Shown here one piece after another: positions 20,580 to 31,007 of a stretch of DNA of 64,000 nt. The number at the start of each line of letters is the position of its first letter. Position 1 is the stretch's first letter. The stretch is from assembly GCA_002240395.1 (NCBI GenBank), contig CP016836.1, forward strand, positions 2,457,174-2,521,173, written 5' to 3'. The notes under the pieces are model-generated. The model did no database searches, had not been told where the DNA came from, and saw nothing but the letters and a program-made list of their open reading frames with translations. The translations under genes and the position numbers were made by a program. Source of the DNA: Xanthomonas citri pv. mangiferaeindicae (GTDB taxonomy: Bacteria; Pseudomonadota; Gammaproteobacteria; Xanthomonadales; Xanthomonadaceae).

Positions 20580-23500
20580 ATGTGGAAGCGTGTTGCCGCT
20601 CTGGCGCTGATCTGGACGTTCGCCTGCGGTGTCCTGGCCGCGACGCCGGAGATGCCGCGGTTGCGGGTGCTCGGCGTCGCCGATGGCCTGCCCACGTCCG
20701 ATGTCACCGGCATCGCCCAGGACAGCGACGGCTTCGTCTGGATCGCGACCGCCGACGGTCTGGCCCGCTACGACGGCGCCGGATTCATGGTCTGGCAGCA
20801 CGATCCAGAAGCGGCGGATGCCTTCCCCGGCAACAATCTGCAGGCGCTGCATGTCGACCACGAGGACCGCGTCTGGGTCGCGGCCCAGGAAGGCGGTGTC
20901 GCGGTGATGGACCGTGATCGCTCGGCAGGTTTCCGGCCTTATCGGATCGACGCGCATCCAGAAGCGCGGCTCGGTGATGTCTGGGATTTCGCCAGCCGGC
21001 CGGGCGAGATCTGGATGGGCCTGGGCACCGACGGGGTCTACGGCCTGCGCGCCGACGGCAGCTTTGTGCATCTGCGCCACGATCCCAACGACCCGCGCAC
21101 GCTGCCCAGTGACAACGTGGTCAGCCTGTCGTTCGACAACGACGGCATGCTGTGGATCGCGACGATGGCGGGCCTGGCCCGCTACGACGGCCGCCGTGTC
21201 TGGCGCGAGCCGTTGCCCGGCGGCGATATGCCGCTGACGGTCACCGACGTGCAGGCGATGGGCGACGAAGTCTGGGCCTCGAGCGCGCGCGGGCTGTTCG
21301 TGCGCATGCGCGACGGCCAGTGGCACTGGCGCCCGTGGTCGGGCATGTTCGCCCGGCCCAATAGCGTGCTGTCGATGCTTGCCGATCCGCGTGGCGGCTA
21401 CTGGCTGGGCACCCGGCGCGGCCTGTGGCGATTGTCTGAGGACGGCATCCCGACCCCGGTGCCGGTCGGCCGGGACGCGTCGCGGCCGTTCCCGGCCCGA
21501 GCGATGTTCCTGCAGCCCGACGGCGCGCTGTGGGCATCGGCGCCGGGCGAGGGCGTCGGCTTCCTGCGCTCGGACTGGCGCCATGTCGCCGAGCTGGTGC
21601 GCGGCGAACGCGGGCTGCAGGGCCACGGCTACGCGACGATCGCACCGGCCAACGACGGCGGTCTGTGGCTGGGATCGGAAACCGGCGTCGTCGAGCATGT
21701 GGACCAGGCGCTGCAGGTCTCCCGGCTCGACGGGGAGGCGCGCGCGCGCCTGGCCAACCAGCGCATCCTGGGCATGGCCGAGACGCGCAGCGGCGTGCTG
21801 TGGATCGGCCATGTCGGCGGCCTGTTCCGGCACGGACGCGACGGTACGCTGAGCGAGTGGGAAGGCGAGCCGGGCACCTCGGTCGCGCACGGCGTGGGCT
21901 ACAACATCGTGCGCGCTGCGCCTGACGGCACGCTGTGGACCGGCAGCATGGGCGGCTATGGGGTCGAGCACCGCGATGGCGACACCGGCCGCATGCTGTG
22001 GCAAGCCGGCGATGATCCCTTGGTCCATGAGGGCGTCTACGGCTTCGACGTCGCACCCGACAACACCGCCTGGGCGGCTTCGGTGCCGGGGCTGGGCTAC
22101 TTCGACCCGCAGGCTGGTCGGTTCGTGATCGTCAGCGGCGAGCAGCCCTATTACGCGGTCGCCGTGCAGGGCGAAGACACGGTCTGGGCGGCCGGGCGCG
22201 ACGGCCTGGAGCGCTGGCGCCTCGAGGACGACACCTGGGCGCGGCAGGAGCGGATCGGCACGCGCGAGGGGCTGCCGTCGGTGATGCCGATGGGGCTGGC
22301 GGTCGACGTGCGCGGACGGGTCTGGGTCTCCACCCGGCGTGGTCTCTACCGCTGGGATCCGCAGGCCCGGCGCATGCGCCGCTATGGCAGCGAGCACGGC
22401 CTGTCGTCGCAGGAAATGCTGTTCCGCTCGATCGCGGTGAGCAGCAGCGGCCTGCTCGCTGCCGGCACCGCGGTCGACTCGGTGGCCATCATCAACACCG
22501 CGTCGGAGGAGACCGGTCGGGTCGAGGAACCGAAGCTGCGCGTTCTCGGCCTGGACGTGCGCCGCGACGGGCTGTGGCAACCGCTCGAGGGCGCTCATCC
22601 CGAACTGTTCCCCGACGACCGCGAGCTGCGCGTCTCGGCCCGGCTGCTGGCCTATGACGATCCGGGATCGAACCATTACTGGACCTGGCTCCAGGGCCTG
22701 GACACCGGCTGGGTCGACCAGGGCGCCAATGGCGACCGGGTGTTCTCGGGCCTGCGGCCCGGCAACTATGTGCTGCGCATCCGCGCCAGCGACGCCTACG
22801 GCAATGCCGCGCCGATGCAGGAACTGCGATTCCGGGTGTTGCCGCCGTGGTGGCAGACCTGGTGGGCACTCACGCTGCTGATCTGCGCCATGGGACTGGT
22901 CGCGCTGTGGGGCGCGTCGATCTACCGCCGGCGCGTGCGGCGGCGCGCGGAACTGCAGTTGGCCGGGCGCCAGCGCGAACTTGCCGAGCAGGCGTCGCTG
23001 GCCAAGAGCCGCTTCCTGGCCACGCTCGGCCATGAGGTCCGCACACCGATGACTGGCGTGCTGGGCATGAGCGAGCTGCTGCTCGACACCCCGCTCGACG
23101 CGCGGCAGCGCAGCTACACCGAATCCATCCGCCGCGCCGGCGACCACCTGATGCGTCTGGTCAACGATGCACTGGATCTGGCGCGGATCGAGGCCGGCAA
23201 GCTCGAGCTCGATCCGCAGCCGTTCGAGCTGCGCGCATTGATCGAGGACATCGTCTCGCTGTCCGCGCCGATGGCCCGGCACAAGGCGCTGGGCTTCGAT
23301 GTCGCCTTCGACGAGGGCGTGCCGGCCTGGGTGCATGGCGACGCGGTGCGGGTGCGGCAGATCCTGTTGAACCTGATCGGCAATGCAATCAAGTTCACCG
23401 ACGACGGGCGGGTCGGATTGCGGATCGCGCGTCCGCCCGAAGGCCTGTGTTTCCAGATCAGCGACACCGGCCCCGGGCTCAGCGCCGAGCAATGCCAGCG

Positions 23501-24131
23501 GCTGTTCCGGCGTTTCGAGCAGGCCGACGGCGCACGCACCGCCGCGCGCTACGGCGGCAGCGGCCTGGGGCTGGCGATCAGCCAGGAACTGTCGCTGGCG
23601 ATGGGCGGCCGGATCGACGTCGAGAGCACCCTTGGCGCGGGCACCCGGTTCACGGTCGTGCTGCCATTGGCCGAGGTCGCCACCCCGCCGCGGCGCACGC
23701 GCTTCGAGGGCCACGAGCGCATCACCGCGGCGGTCGGACTGGTGGTGCTGCTGGTCGAGGACGACCAGACCGTGGCCGACGTGATCCGGGGCCTGCTCGA
23801 GGCGCAGGGCCACCAGGTCGCTCACGCGATGCATGGGCTCGCTGCGCTGACCGAAGTGCGGACCCAGACGTTCGACATCGCCCTGCTCGATCTGGACCTG
23901 CCGGGCATCGACGGTCTGACCCTGGCCGGCATGCTGCGCGCCCAAGGCTTCGACCGTCCGCTGGTTGCGGTCACCGCGCGCGCCGATGCCGAGGCCGAGC
24001 CGGCGGCGCGCGCGGCCGGTTTCGACGGCTTCCTGCGCAAGCCGCTGACCGGCGAGATGCTGGCCGACGTGCTGGCCCAAAGCTGGCGGCCGGTCCACGA
24101 AGGCGGCGGTCTGGACGACCGCGAGGACTAA
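20580..24131 (+). CDS. Hybrid sensor histidine kinase (1,183 aa): signal/TM, periplasmic two-component-regulator beta-propeller repeats plus a Y_Y_Y-like domain, TM, HisKA, HATPase_c, C-terminal receiver
   Basis: [20 protein letters not shown]; repeated DGxxWIATxxGLxRYDG propeller motifs; [21 protein letters not shown]; H-box [12 protein letters not shown]; N/G boxes ([27 protein letters not shown]); receiver VLLVEDD...D. The track ORF 19299..24131 is extended upstream by artefact. Confidence 0.85.
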   Translation: MWKRVAALALIWTFACGVLAATPEMPRLRVLGVADGLPTSDVTGIAQDSDGFVWIATADGLARYDGAGFMVWQHDPEAADAFPGNNLQALHVDHEDRVWVAAQEGGVAVMDRDRSAGFRPYRIDAHPEARLGDVWDFASRPGEIWMGLGTDGVYGLRADGSFVHLRHDPNDPRTLPSDNVVSLSFDNDGMLWIATMAGLARYDGRRVWREPLPGGDMPLTVTDVQAMGDEVWASSARGLFVRMRDGQWHWRPWSGMFARPNSVLSMLADPRGGYWLGTRRGLWRLSEDGIPTPVPVGRDASRPFPARAMFLQPDGALWASAPGEGVGFLRSDWRHVAELVRGERGLQGHGYATIAPANDGGLWLGSETGVVEHVDQALQVSRLDGEARARLANQRILGMAETRSGVLWIGHVGGLFRHGRDGTLSEWEGEPGTSVAHGVGYNIVRAAPDGTLWTGSMGGYGVEHRDGDTGRMLWQAGDDPLVHEGVYGFDVAPDNTAWAASVPGLGYFDPQAGRFVIVSGEQPYYAVAVQGEDTVWAAGRDGLERWRLEDDTWARQERIGTREGLPSVMPMGLAVDVRGRVWVSTRRGLYRWDPQARRMRRYGSEHGLSSQEMLFRSIAVSSSGLLAAGTAVDSVAIINTASEETGRVEEPKLRVLGLDVRRDGLWQPLEGAHPELFPDDRELRVSARLLAYDDPGSNHYWTWLQGLDTGWVDQGANGDRVFSGLRPGNYVLRIRASDAYGNAAPMQELRFRVLPPWWQTWWALTLLICAMGLVALWGASIYRRRVRRRAELQLAGRQRELAEQASLAKSRFLATLGHEVRTPMTGVLGMSELLLDTPLDARQRSYTESIRRAGDHLMRLVNDALDLARIEAGKLELDPQPFELRALIEDIVSLSAPMARHKALGFDVAFDEGVPAWVHGDAVRVRQILLNLIGNAIKFTDDGRVGLRIARPPEGLCFQISDTGPGLSAEQCQRLFRRFEQADGARTAARYGGSGLGLAISQELSLAMGGRIDVESTLGAGTRFTVVLPLAEVATPPRRTRFEGHERITAAVGLVVLLVEDDQTVADVIRGLLEAQGHQVAHAMHGLAALTEVRTQTFDIALLDLDLPGIDGLTLAGMLRAQGFDRPLVAVTARADAEAEPAARAAGFDGFLRKPLTGEMLADVLAQSWRPVHEGGGLDDRED

Positions 24132-24177
24132 CGGCGGCTTGGCACCGCCTGCACGGCGGCGTCGCCAGACTGCCGCC

Positions 24178-25215
24178 ATGGCCGCCTCCCGTCCGTCCTC
24201 CACCGCCCGCATGCCGAAAGGGCGGCGCGACGACCTCATCCAGTTGCGCCCCGAGGGCCTGTACTGCCCGGCCGGCGATTTCCATATCGATCCTTGGCGT
24301 CCGGTGCCGCGTGCGGTGATCACTCACGGCCACGGCGACCATGCGCGCACTGGCATGGGCGCCTACCACACCACGCGTGCGGGGCTGCCGATCCTGGAGT
24401 GGCGCCTGGGCGAGCAGATCTATGTCGCACACGATTACGGCGCGCCATTCCAGATGGGCGCGGCGACGGTGTCGCTGCATCCGGCCGGCCACGTGCTGGG
24501 CTCGGCCCAGGTGCGGGTGGAGGTCGACGGCGAGGTCTGGGTCGCCTCGGGCGACTACAAGCGCCAGCACGATCCGACCTGCGCACCGTTCGAGGTCGTG
24601 CGCTGCGACACCTTCATCACCGAGGCCACGTTCGGCCTGCCGGTCTACCGATGGCCCGACACCGCACTGGTCGCCGCCGAGATCGAGGCCTGGCGCGCGC
24701 ACTGCGAGACGCGCGGGGAGGTGGCGGTGCTGTTCTGTTACGCGCTGGGCAAGGCCCAGCGCGTGCTGGCCGAACTGGCGGCGCATACCGACCAGCCGGC
24801 GCTGCTGCACGGGGCGGTCGCCGCCGGCGTCGAGGTCTACCGGCGGGCCGGCATCGCGATGCTCGACACCCTGCCGGTCGCCGAGACCGATCGCGGCGGC
24901 GATTTTGCCGGCCGGTTGGTCATCGCGCCGCCATCGGCGGCCGGCAGCGCGTGGATGCGCCGGTTCCGCCGCGCGCAGCAGGGCTTCGCATCGGGCTGGA
25001 TGCGCATTCGTGGCAATCGACGCCGTCGCAACTACGATCGCGGCTTCGTGGTGTCCGACCACGCCGACTGGCCCGATCTGATGCGGACCGTGCGCGAGAC
25101 CGGTGCCACGCGGGTGATCGCGACCCATGGCAACACCGATGCGATCATCCGTGCGCTACGCGAGGATGGCATCGCGGCCGAAGCCTTCCGCACCGATTTC
25201 GGGGACGAGGAATGA
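24178..25215 (+). CDS. Ligase-associated DNA damage response exonuclease (metallo-beta-lactamase fold)
   Basis: ...LIQLRPEGLYCPAGDFHIDPWRPVPRAVITHGHGDHAR... is the HxHxDH MBL motif. The start is uncertain: Met 14 at 24178 or Met 25 at 24211 of the ORF. Confidence 0.75.
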   Translation: MAASRPSSTARMPKGRRDDLIQLRPEGLYCPAGDFHIDPWRPVPRAVITHGHGDHARTGMGAYHTTRAGLPILEWRLGEQIYVAHDYGAPFQMGAATVSLHPAGHVLGSAQVRVEVDGEVWVASGDYKRQHDPTCAPFEVVRCDTFITEATFGLPVYRWPDTALVAAEIEAWRAHCETRGEVAVLFCYALGKAQRVLAELAAHTDQPALLHGAVAAGVEVYRRAGIAMLDTLPVAETDRGGDFAGRLVIAPPSAAGSAWMRRFRRAQQGFASGWMRIRGNRRRRNYDRGFVVSDHADWPDLMRTVRETGATRVIATHGNTDAIIRALREDGIAAEAFRTDFGDEE

Positions 25216-25240
25216 GCGCCCGGCGCTCGAGGGCCTGCGC

Positions 25241-26953
25241 ATGAGGCGCTTCGCCCGGCTGTACCGCGAGCTCGATCGCAGCACCGCCACGCTCGACAAG
25301 CGCGCGGCACTGGTTGCCTACTTCCGCGACGCGCCGCCGCACGATGCCGCCTGGGCGCTGTTCCTGCTGGCCGGCGGCAAGGTCGCCGGGGCCGGGCGAC
25401 GCATCGCCAATACCCGCGAACTGCGCGAATGGATTGGTGAGGCCGCGGGCTTGCCCGACTGGCTGGTCGACGACAGCTACGACCAGGTCGGCGACTTGGC
25501 CGAGACGCTCGCGCTGCTGCTCGACGATCCCGTCGCGCCGGCCGACGACGTCTCGCTGGCCGAATGGATCGAGCGGCGGCTGATCCCGGTCGCCAATCGC
25601 GACCCGGCGGTCCGGCGCGCGCTGGTGGTCGAGGCCTGGGCTTCGCTGTGTTTCGACGAGCGGCTGGTGTTCAACAAGTTGCTGACCGGCGCGCTGCGCG
25701 TGGGCGTTTCGCAGCGACTGGTGCAGCAGGCGCTGGCGGAGATGAGCGGGCTGGACATCGCGCGTATCGCCCAACGCATGCTCGGCAGTTGGACGCCGAG
25801 CGCGCAGTTCCTGCGCGACCTGCTCTCGCCCGACGAACTGCCCAGCGACCGGCGTCAGCCGTATCCGTTCTTCCTTGCTTCGCCCTTGGAGCAGGCGCTG
25901 CGTCCCGACACGGTGAGCGAGGGCACGGATGTCGAGGCGGCCGCCGATGCGGAGCCGGATATGGACGTGGCGGCGCCGGTGCTGGCCAACGATCCCGACG
26001 CGGTCGCGCGTGCGCTCGGCCCGATCGAAGACTGGCTGCTGGAATGGAAGTGGGACGGCATCCGCCTGCAACTGATCCGCCGCGGCGCGGACATCGCGCT
26101 GTGGTCGCGCGGCGAAGAACGCCTCGACGGACGCTTTCCCGAGATCGAAGCCGCGGCGCTGACGCTGCCCCGCGACTGTGTGTTCGACGGCGAGCTGCTG
26201 GCCTGGCGGCCGGGCGAACCCGCGCCGATGCCGTTCACCGCGCTGCAGACCCGCATCCAGCGCCGCAAGCCCGGACCGAAGACACTCGCCGACACGCCGG
26301 TGCGCGTGCAGGTCTACGACCTGCTCGAGCTCGACGGCGAGGACTGGCGCGACCGGCCGCAGGCCGAGCGCCGGGCGATGCTCGAGACATTGGTCGCCCA
26401 GTACGACGATCCGCGCATCGTGATCTCGCCGCGTGTGGACGCCGCTGACTGGGCGCAGGCCGCCGCGCTGCGCGCCGATGCCCGCGCGCGCGGCGTCGAG
26501 GGCTTGATGCTCAAGCGCGCCGATGCCCGCTACCAGGCCGGCCGGCGTCGCGGCGACTGGTGGAAGTGGAAGATCGATCCGCTGACCATCGACGCGGTGC
26601 TGATCTATGCGCAGGCCGGCCACGGCCGGCGCAGCACGCTCTACACCGACTACACCTTCGCACTGTGGGATGGCGACACCCTGGTGCCGGTCGCCAAAGC
26701 CTATTCGGGGCTCGACGACCGCGAAATCCTCGCGCTCGACAAGTGGATCCGCGCGCACACCCTCGAGCGCTTCGGGCCGGTGCGTTCGGTCACCGCGCAC
26801 CATGTCTTCGAGCTCGGCTTCGAGGCGGTCAACCGCTCGAGCCGGCACAAGTCCGGCATCGCCGTGCGCTTTCCGCGCATCCTGCGCTGGCGCCGCGACA
26901 AGCCGATCGCCGAGGCCGATCGGCTCGAGACCTTGCGGGCGCTCGCACGGTGA
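25241..26953 (+). CDS. ATP-dependent DNA ligase, ligase-associated damage-response type (570 aa)
   Basis: Nucleotidyltransferase motif I WLLEWKWDGIRLQ (KxDG), motifs III-V (FDGELLAW, LMLKRADARYQAGRRRGDWWKWK) and OB domain. Start is Met 39 of ORF 25127..26953. Confidence 0.85.
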   Translation: MRRFARLYRELDRSTATLDKRAALVAYFRDAPPHDAAWALFLLAGGKVAGAGRRIANTRELREWIGEAAGLPDWLVDDSYDQVGDLAETLALLLDDPVAPADDVSLAEWIERRLIPVANRDPAVRRALVVEAWASLCFDERLVFNKLLTGALRVGVSQRLVQQALAEMSGLDIARIAQRMLGSWTPSAQFLRDLLSPDELPSDRRQPYPFFLASPLEQALRPDTVSEGTDVEAAADAEPDMDVAAPVLANDPDAVARALGPIEDWLLEWKWDGIRLQLIRRGADIALWSRGEERLDGRFPEIEAAALTLPRDCVFDGELLAWRPGEPAPMPFTALQTRIQRRKPGPKTLADTPVRVQVYDLLELDGEDWRDRPQAERRAMLETLVAQYDDPRIVISPRVDAADWAQAAALRADARARGVEGLMLKRADARYQAGRRRGDWWKWKIDPLTIDAVLIYAQAGHGRRSTLYTDYTFALWDGDTLVPVAKAYSGLDDREILALDKWIRAHTLERFGPVRSVTAHHVFELGFEAVNRSSRHKSGIAVRFPRILRWRRDKPIAEADRLETLRALAR

Positions 26954-27014
26954 CGGCGGCGTCCGGCGAGCGCGGCCGTCCGCGGTGCGCAGGGACGTGG
27001 CCCGGCCGGTGGCG

Positions 27015-29513
27015 ATGACTCGTCTTCGCGGCCCCGATGCGCCGCTGCGCGCCTGGTTTGCGGCGCAGGGCTGGCGTCCGGCACCGTTCCAGCGCGAGGT
27101 CTGGCGCCGGTATCTGGCCGGGGAGTCGGGCCTGTTGCATACCCCGACCGGCAGCGGCAAAACACTGGCCGCCTTCGGCGGGCCCCTGCTCGAAGCGCTG
27201 GCCGCGCGCCCGCGTGCGAAGGCCGGTCCACGCACGACCCCGGCGAAGTCAGCCGCGCGTGCCGGCAAAGACGCCGGGCGCAGGCTGCAGGTGCTGTGGA
27301 TCACCCCGCTGCGCGCGCTCGCGGTCGACACGGTGCGCGCATTGCGCGCGCCGATCGAGGCGCTCGGTCTGGATTGGACGGTCGCCATGCGCACTGGCGA
27401 TGCCAGCGCACGCGACCGGCGGCTGGCGCGCAGCGGCCAGGCCGAGGTGCTGGTGACCACGCCCGAATCGCTGTCATTGCTGCTCTCCTATGCCGACACC
27501 GCGCCGCTGCTGGCCTCGGTGCGCTGCGTGGTCGTCGACGAATGGCACGAACTGCTCGGCAACAAGCGCGGCGTGCTGCTGCAGCTGGCGCTTGCGCGGC
27601 TGCGCCGGCTCGCACCGGCGCTGCGCATCTGGGGCGTCTCGGCGACGCTCGGCAACCTGGCGCAGGCGCGCGATGCGCTGCTGCCGCATTGTCCGCAGGC
27701 GCAGGTGGTCGCCGGGGTGGCGCCCAAGCGTTTCACGCTCGACACGCTGCTGCCCGGCGAGGACGAGCGCTTTCCGTGGGCCGGCCATCTGGGCCTGGCG
27801 CAGTTGCCGCGTGTGCTGGAGCGGCTGATGGCCGAACGCACCAGCCTGCTGTTCGCCAACACCCGCTCGCAGGCCGAACTGTGGCATCGCGCGCTGTCGG
27901 CGGTCTGGCCGGAGGCGCCCGAAACGCTGGCACTGCATCACGGTTCGCTCGATCCGAAGCTGCGCGCGGCCGCTGAGCAGGGCCTGCGCGCCGGCAGCGT
28001 GCGCTGCGTGGTTGCGACCTCCAGCCTCGATCTCGGTGTCGACTTTCCCGCCGTCGACCAAGTACTGCAGATTGGCAGCCCGAAAGGCGTCTCGCGCTTG
28101 CTGCAACGTGCCGGGCGCGCACGCCACCGCCCGGGCGAAGCGGGGCACGTGGTCTGCGTGCCGACGCACGCGCTGGAACTGGTCGAGTACGCCGCGGCTC
28201 GCGCCGCGGTTGCCGCGGGTACGATCGAATCGCGCCCGCCGCCTGTGCTCAGCCTCGATGTGCTGGCCCAGCACTGTGTGACGCTGGCGCTGGGCGGCGG
28301 CTTCGAGGCCGATGCGCTTTACGACGAAGTCCGCGGGACCCATGCGTTCCGCGCGCTCGACCCACTGGCCTGGCGCGCGGTGCTCGATTTCATCGTCCAG
28401 GGCGGCGCGGCGCTGGCGCATTACCCCGACTTCCGCCGCGTGGTGCGCGGCGAGGACGGGGTCTATCGGGTCGAGGACCGACGCATCGCGCTGCGTCATC
28501 GCCTGTCGATCGGCACGATCGCCAGCGATGGCGCGGTGCGCGTGAAGCTGCTGCGCGGCGGGGGCCTGGGCTCGGTCGAGGAGAGTTTCGTCGGTCGCTT
28601 GCGGCCGCGCGACCGGTTCCAGTTCGCCGGCCGCACGCTGGAGTTGGTGCGGCTGGAAGACATGACCGCGTACGTGCGCGTCGCCAAGGCCGGCAGCGGC
28701 ACGGTGCCCAAATGGCAGGGCGGCCGGATGTCGCTGTCGGGCACGTTGGCGCACGAGGTCGAGCGCCTGTTCGCCGGCCCGCGCGATGCACCGGAGCTGC
28801 GTGCGATCGGTCGGCTGCTCGATCTGCAGCAGCGGCTGTCTGCACTACCGGCGCCGGGCCGCCTGCTGGTGGAATGGATCCGCGCGCGCGGCGCGCGCCA
28901 CCTGTTCGTGTTTCCGTTCGCCGGGCGTCAGGTGCACGAGGGCCTGGCCGCGCTGCTGGCGCTGCGCTGGGGCCGCCTGCGCGCCAACAGCTTCTCGTTC
29001 GCCGCCAACGATTACGGCTTCGTGCTCTCGCCCGCGCAGGAAGTGGAGCTCGATGCGCTCGATGTCGAAGCGATGCTCTCGCCCGAGGCCTTGATCGATG
29101 ACCTGCGCGAGAGCCTGAACCTGGCCGAGCTCGCCCGCCGCCAATTTCGCGACATCGCCCGCGTCGCCGGTCTGCTGCCGCCGTCGCTGCCCGGACGCGC
29201 GCCACGTTCGATGCGCCAGTTGCAGGCCTCCAGCGGCCTGCTGTTCGACGTGCTGCGCCGGCACGATCCCGACCACATGCTGCTGGCGCTGGCCGAGCGT
29301 GAGGTGTTCGCCGCGCAACTGGACGTGGTGCAACTGCGCACCACGCTGGAGGATTGCAGTGCCCGCAGGCTCGACCTGCATCCGCTGCGCACGTTCACCC
29401 CGCTGTCGTTCCCGCTGTGGGCCGAGTCGATGCGTGGCCAGCTCAGCACCGAGGACTGGCGCACACGCGTGCAGCGCGCGGCGGCGCAACTGGAGCGGCG
29501 CAATCGTGGCTGA
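27015..29513 (+). CDS. Ligase-associated DEXH-box helicase (Lhr-core-like, 832 aa)
   Basis: Motif I LLHTPTGSGKTLAA, motif II VVVDEWHEL (DEwH), motif VI QRAGRARHRPG. Start is Met 137 of ORF 26607..29513. Confidence 0.85.
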   Translation: MTRLRGPDAPLRAWFAAQGWRPAPFQREVWRRYLAGESGLLHTPTGSGKTLAAFGGPLLEALAARPRAKAGPRTTPAKSAARAGKDAGRRLQVLWITPLRALAVDTVRALRAPIEALGLDWTVAMRTGDASARDRRLARSGQAEVLVTTPESLSLLLSYADTAPLLASVRCVVVDEWHELLGNKRGVLLQLALARLRRLAPALRIWGVSATLGNLAQARDALLPHCPQAQVVAGVAPKRFTLDTLLPGEDERFPWAGHLGLAQLPRVLERLMAERTSLLFANTRSQAELWHRALSAVWPEAPETLALHHGSLDPKLRAAAEQGLRAGSVRCVVATSSLDLGVDFPAVDQVLQIGSPKGVSRLLQRAGRARHRPGEAGHVVCVPTHALELVEYAAARAAVAAGTIESRPPPVLSLDVLAQHCVTLALGGGFEADALYDEVRGTHAFRALDPLAWRAVLDFIVQGGAALAHYPDFRRVVRGEDGVYRVEDRRIALRHRLSIGTIASDGAVRVKLLRGGGLGSVEESFVGRLRPRDRFQFAGRTLELVRLEDMTAYVRVAKAGSGTVPKWQGGRMSLSGTLAHEVERLFAGPRDAPELRAIGRLLDLQQRLSALPAPGRLLVEWIRARGARHLFVFPFAGRQVHEGLAALLALRWGRLRANSFSFAANDYGFVLSPAQEVELDALDVEAMLSPEALIDDLRESLNLAELARRQFRDIARVAGLLPPSLPGRAPRSMRQLQASSGLLFDVLRRHDPDHMLLALAEREVFAAQLDVVQLRTTLEDCSARRLDLHPLRTFTPLSFPLWAESMRGQLSTEDWRTRVQRAAAQLERRNRG

Positions 29514-30180
29514 CGGCGCGTTGGAGATCGAGATTGCCGGCGAGGCGCTGCGATTGTTCGCCGAGCGTGCGCTGCTGTGGCCGCGGCAGCGCACGCTGGT
29601 CGTGGCCGACGTGCATCTGGGCAAGGCGCAGCACTTTCGCGAGGCCGGCATCGCGCTGCCGCGTGGCGGCACCGAGCACGATCTCGAACGGCTCGACGGG
29701 CTGATCGAAGCCAGCGGCGCGACGCGATTGCTGGTGCTCGGCGACCTGCTGCACGCCGGTGCGCGCGACGCGCCGTGGCGCACGGCCTGGCGGGCCTGGC
29801 GGGCGGACCGTCCCGCGCTGTCGGTCGACCTGGTCGGCGGCAATCACGATCGCGCCCTGCGCGCTGCGCCCGAGCTGGCATGCACGCTCGGCCTGCGCCT
29901 GCACGGCGCGCTGTTGCACGAGCCCCCCTTCGTGTTCGTGCATGACGTCGACGACGCGGTTGCGGCCGATGTCGCGGGCTACCGGCTTGGCGGGCATCTG
30001 CATCCGGTGGTGCGCCTGCCGGGCCTGCCGCGCTTGCCGGCTTTCGTGTTCGCGCAGGATGCCGGCTTGCTGCCGGCGTTCACCGCGTTCGCTGGCGGCC
30101 TGCCGATCGCACCGTCGCCCGGCATGCGGCTGTACCCCTGCGCGCCGGGGGCCGTGGTGGCGCTGCCGGCGACGCTCTGA
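29506..30180 (+). CDS. pdeM: Ligase-associated DNA damage response metallophosphoesterase PdeM (224 aa)
   Basis: Calcineurin-like motifs VVADVHLGK, LGDLLH, GNHD. The GTG start overlaps the helicase stop (GTGGCTGA), so the genes are translationally coupled. Confidence 0.75.
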   Translation: MADGALEIEIAGEALRLFAERALLWPRQRTLVVADVHLGKAQHFREAGIALPRGGTEHDLERLDGLIEASGATRLLVLGDLLHAGARDAPWRTAWRAWRADRPALSVDLVGGNHDRALRAAPELACTLGLRLHGALLHEPPFVFVHDVDDAVAADVAGYRLGGHLHPVVRLPGLPRLPAFVFAQDAGLLPAFTAFAGGLPIAPSPGMRLYPCAPGAVVALPATL

Positions 30181-30211
30181 GCGCATCCGTCGCTCGCATC
30201 CATCCGCTGGC

Positions 30212-30245
30212 TTGACGGCGACCGTAGCCGGGCTGGCATGATGGC
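30212..30245 (+). promoter_or_regulatory. Candidate sigma70-type promoter for the yqiJ/flotillin/AAA+/TelA operon (-35 TTGACG, about 18-19 bp spacer, -10 CATGAT)
   Basis: TTGACGGCGACCGTAGCCGGGCTGGCATGATGG lies 80-115 nt upstream of the 30327 ATG. The -10 is a weak match, so confidence is low. Confidence 0.25.
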
Positions 30246-30326
30246 GGGCCCATCGACCGGATGTTCGGCGGGAGCGGCCTGCGCGGGGAGTGTGGGCTGG
30301 CCAGGACACAGGAGTGCTTCGCCGAC

Positions 30327-30959
30327 ATGCCCGAATTCGTCGCCACCGCGCTCGGATACCCCACGCTCGTCTACAGCGTGCTGCTGGGGGTGTGCGCGCT
30401 CTACTGGCTGATCGCGGCGCTGGGGCTGGTGGACATCGGTGGCCTCGATCTCGACCTCGACCTGCCCGATGGCGCGGACGCGCATGGACTGGCCGGCGTG
30501 CTCGCACGGCTGGGGCTCGATCGGTTGCCGATCATGCTGGTGCTCACACTGGTGGTGTTCTTCGGCTGGTTCTGCACCTACTTCATCCATCTGTTCCTGC
30601 TCGCGCCGCTGTGGGGCTGGCTGCGCTGGACGCTGGGCACGCTCACTGCGCTGCTCGCACTGCTGCCGGGCGCACTGCTGACCACCGCGGCGCTGCGACC
30701 GTTGCGGCGCTGGCTGTCGAAGTTGCAACCGGTCGCCGAACCCTCGCTGCTGGGACGGGTGGCCGTCGTGCGGACGCCGACGGTGTCGGCGTCCGCCGGA
30801 ATGGCCGATGTCGACGACGGCGGTGCCGGCCTCGTCCTGCAGGTGCGCGCCGAAGGGGCCCATGTCCACCAACGCGGCGAGCGGGTGGTGCTGGTCGAGT
30901 TCGATCCTGTGGGGCATTGCTATCGGGTCGTGCCCGAAGCCGATTACCGTCACATCTGA
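30327..30959 (+). CDS. YqiJ/NfeD-like inner-membrane protein (DUF1449-like): N-terminal TM helices plus a C-terminal OB-fold beta domain; usual partner of flotillin YqiK
   Basis: MPEFVATALGYPTLVYSVLLGVCALYWLIAALGL..., a second and third hydrophobic helix, and a C-terminal GRVAVVRTPTVSASAGMADVDDGGAGLVLQVRAEGAHVHQRGERVVLVEFDPVGHCYRVV beta-rich tail. Start is Met 23 of ORF 30261..30959. Confidence 0.65.
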   Translation: MPEFVATALGYPTLVYSVLLGVCALYWLIAALGLVDIGGLDLDLDLPDGADAHGLAGVLARLGLDRLPIMLVLTLVVFFGWFCTYFIHLFLLAPLWGWLRWTLGTLTALLALLPGALLTTAALRPLRRWLSKLQPVAEPSLLGRVAVVRTPTVSASAGMADVDDGGAGLVLQVRAEGAHVHQRGERVVLVEFDPVGHCYRVVPEADYRHI

Positions 30960-31007
30960 TCCGTACGGTCCGCGGAATGCGGACCCCAAGCGAAGGAGAA
31001 ACACCCG

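Noticed and set aside
24294-25244. 316-aa plus-strand ORF overlapping the ligase-associated exonuclease in another frame, plus similar overlapping ORFs (24341..25081, 25564..26448)
   Set aside because: The alternative frame 24139..25215 carries the metallo-beta-lactamase HxHxDH motif, and the ligase frame carries KxDG. These overlapping ORFs are Arg/Gly/Pro-rich with no motifs.
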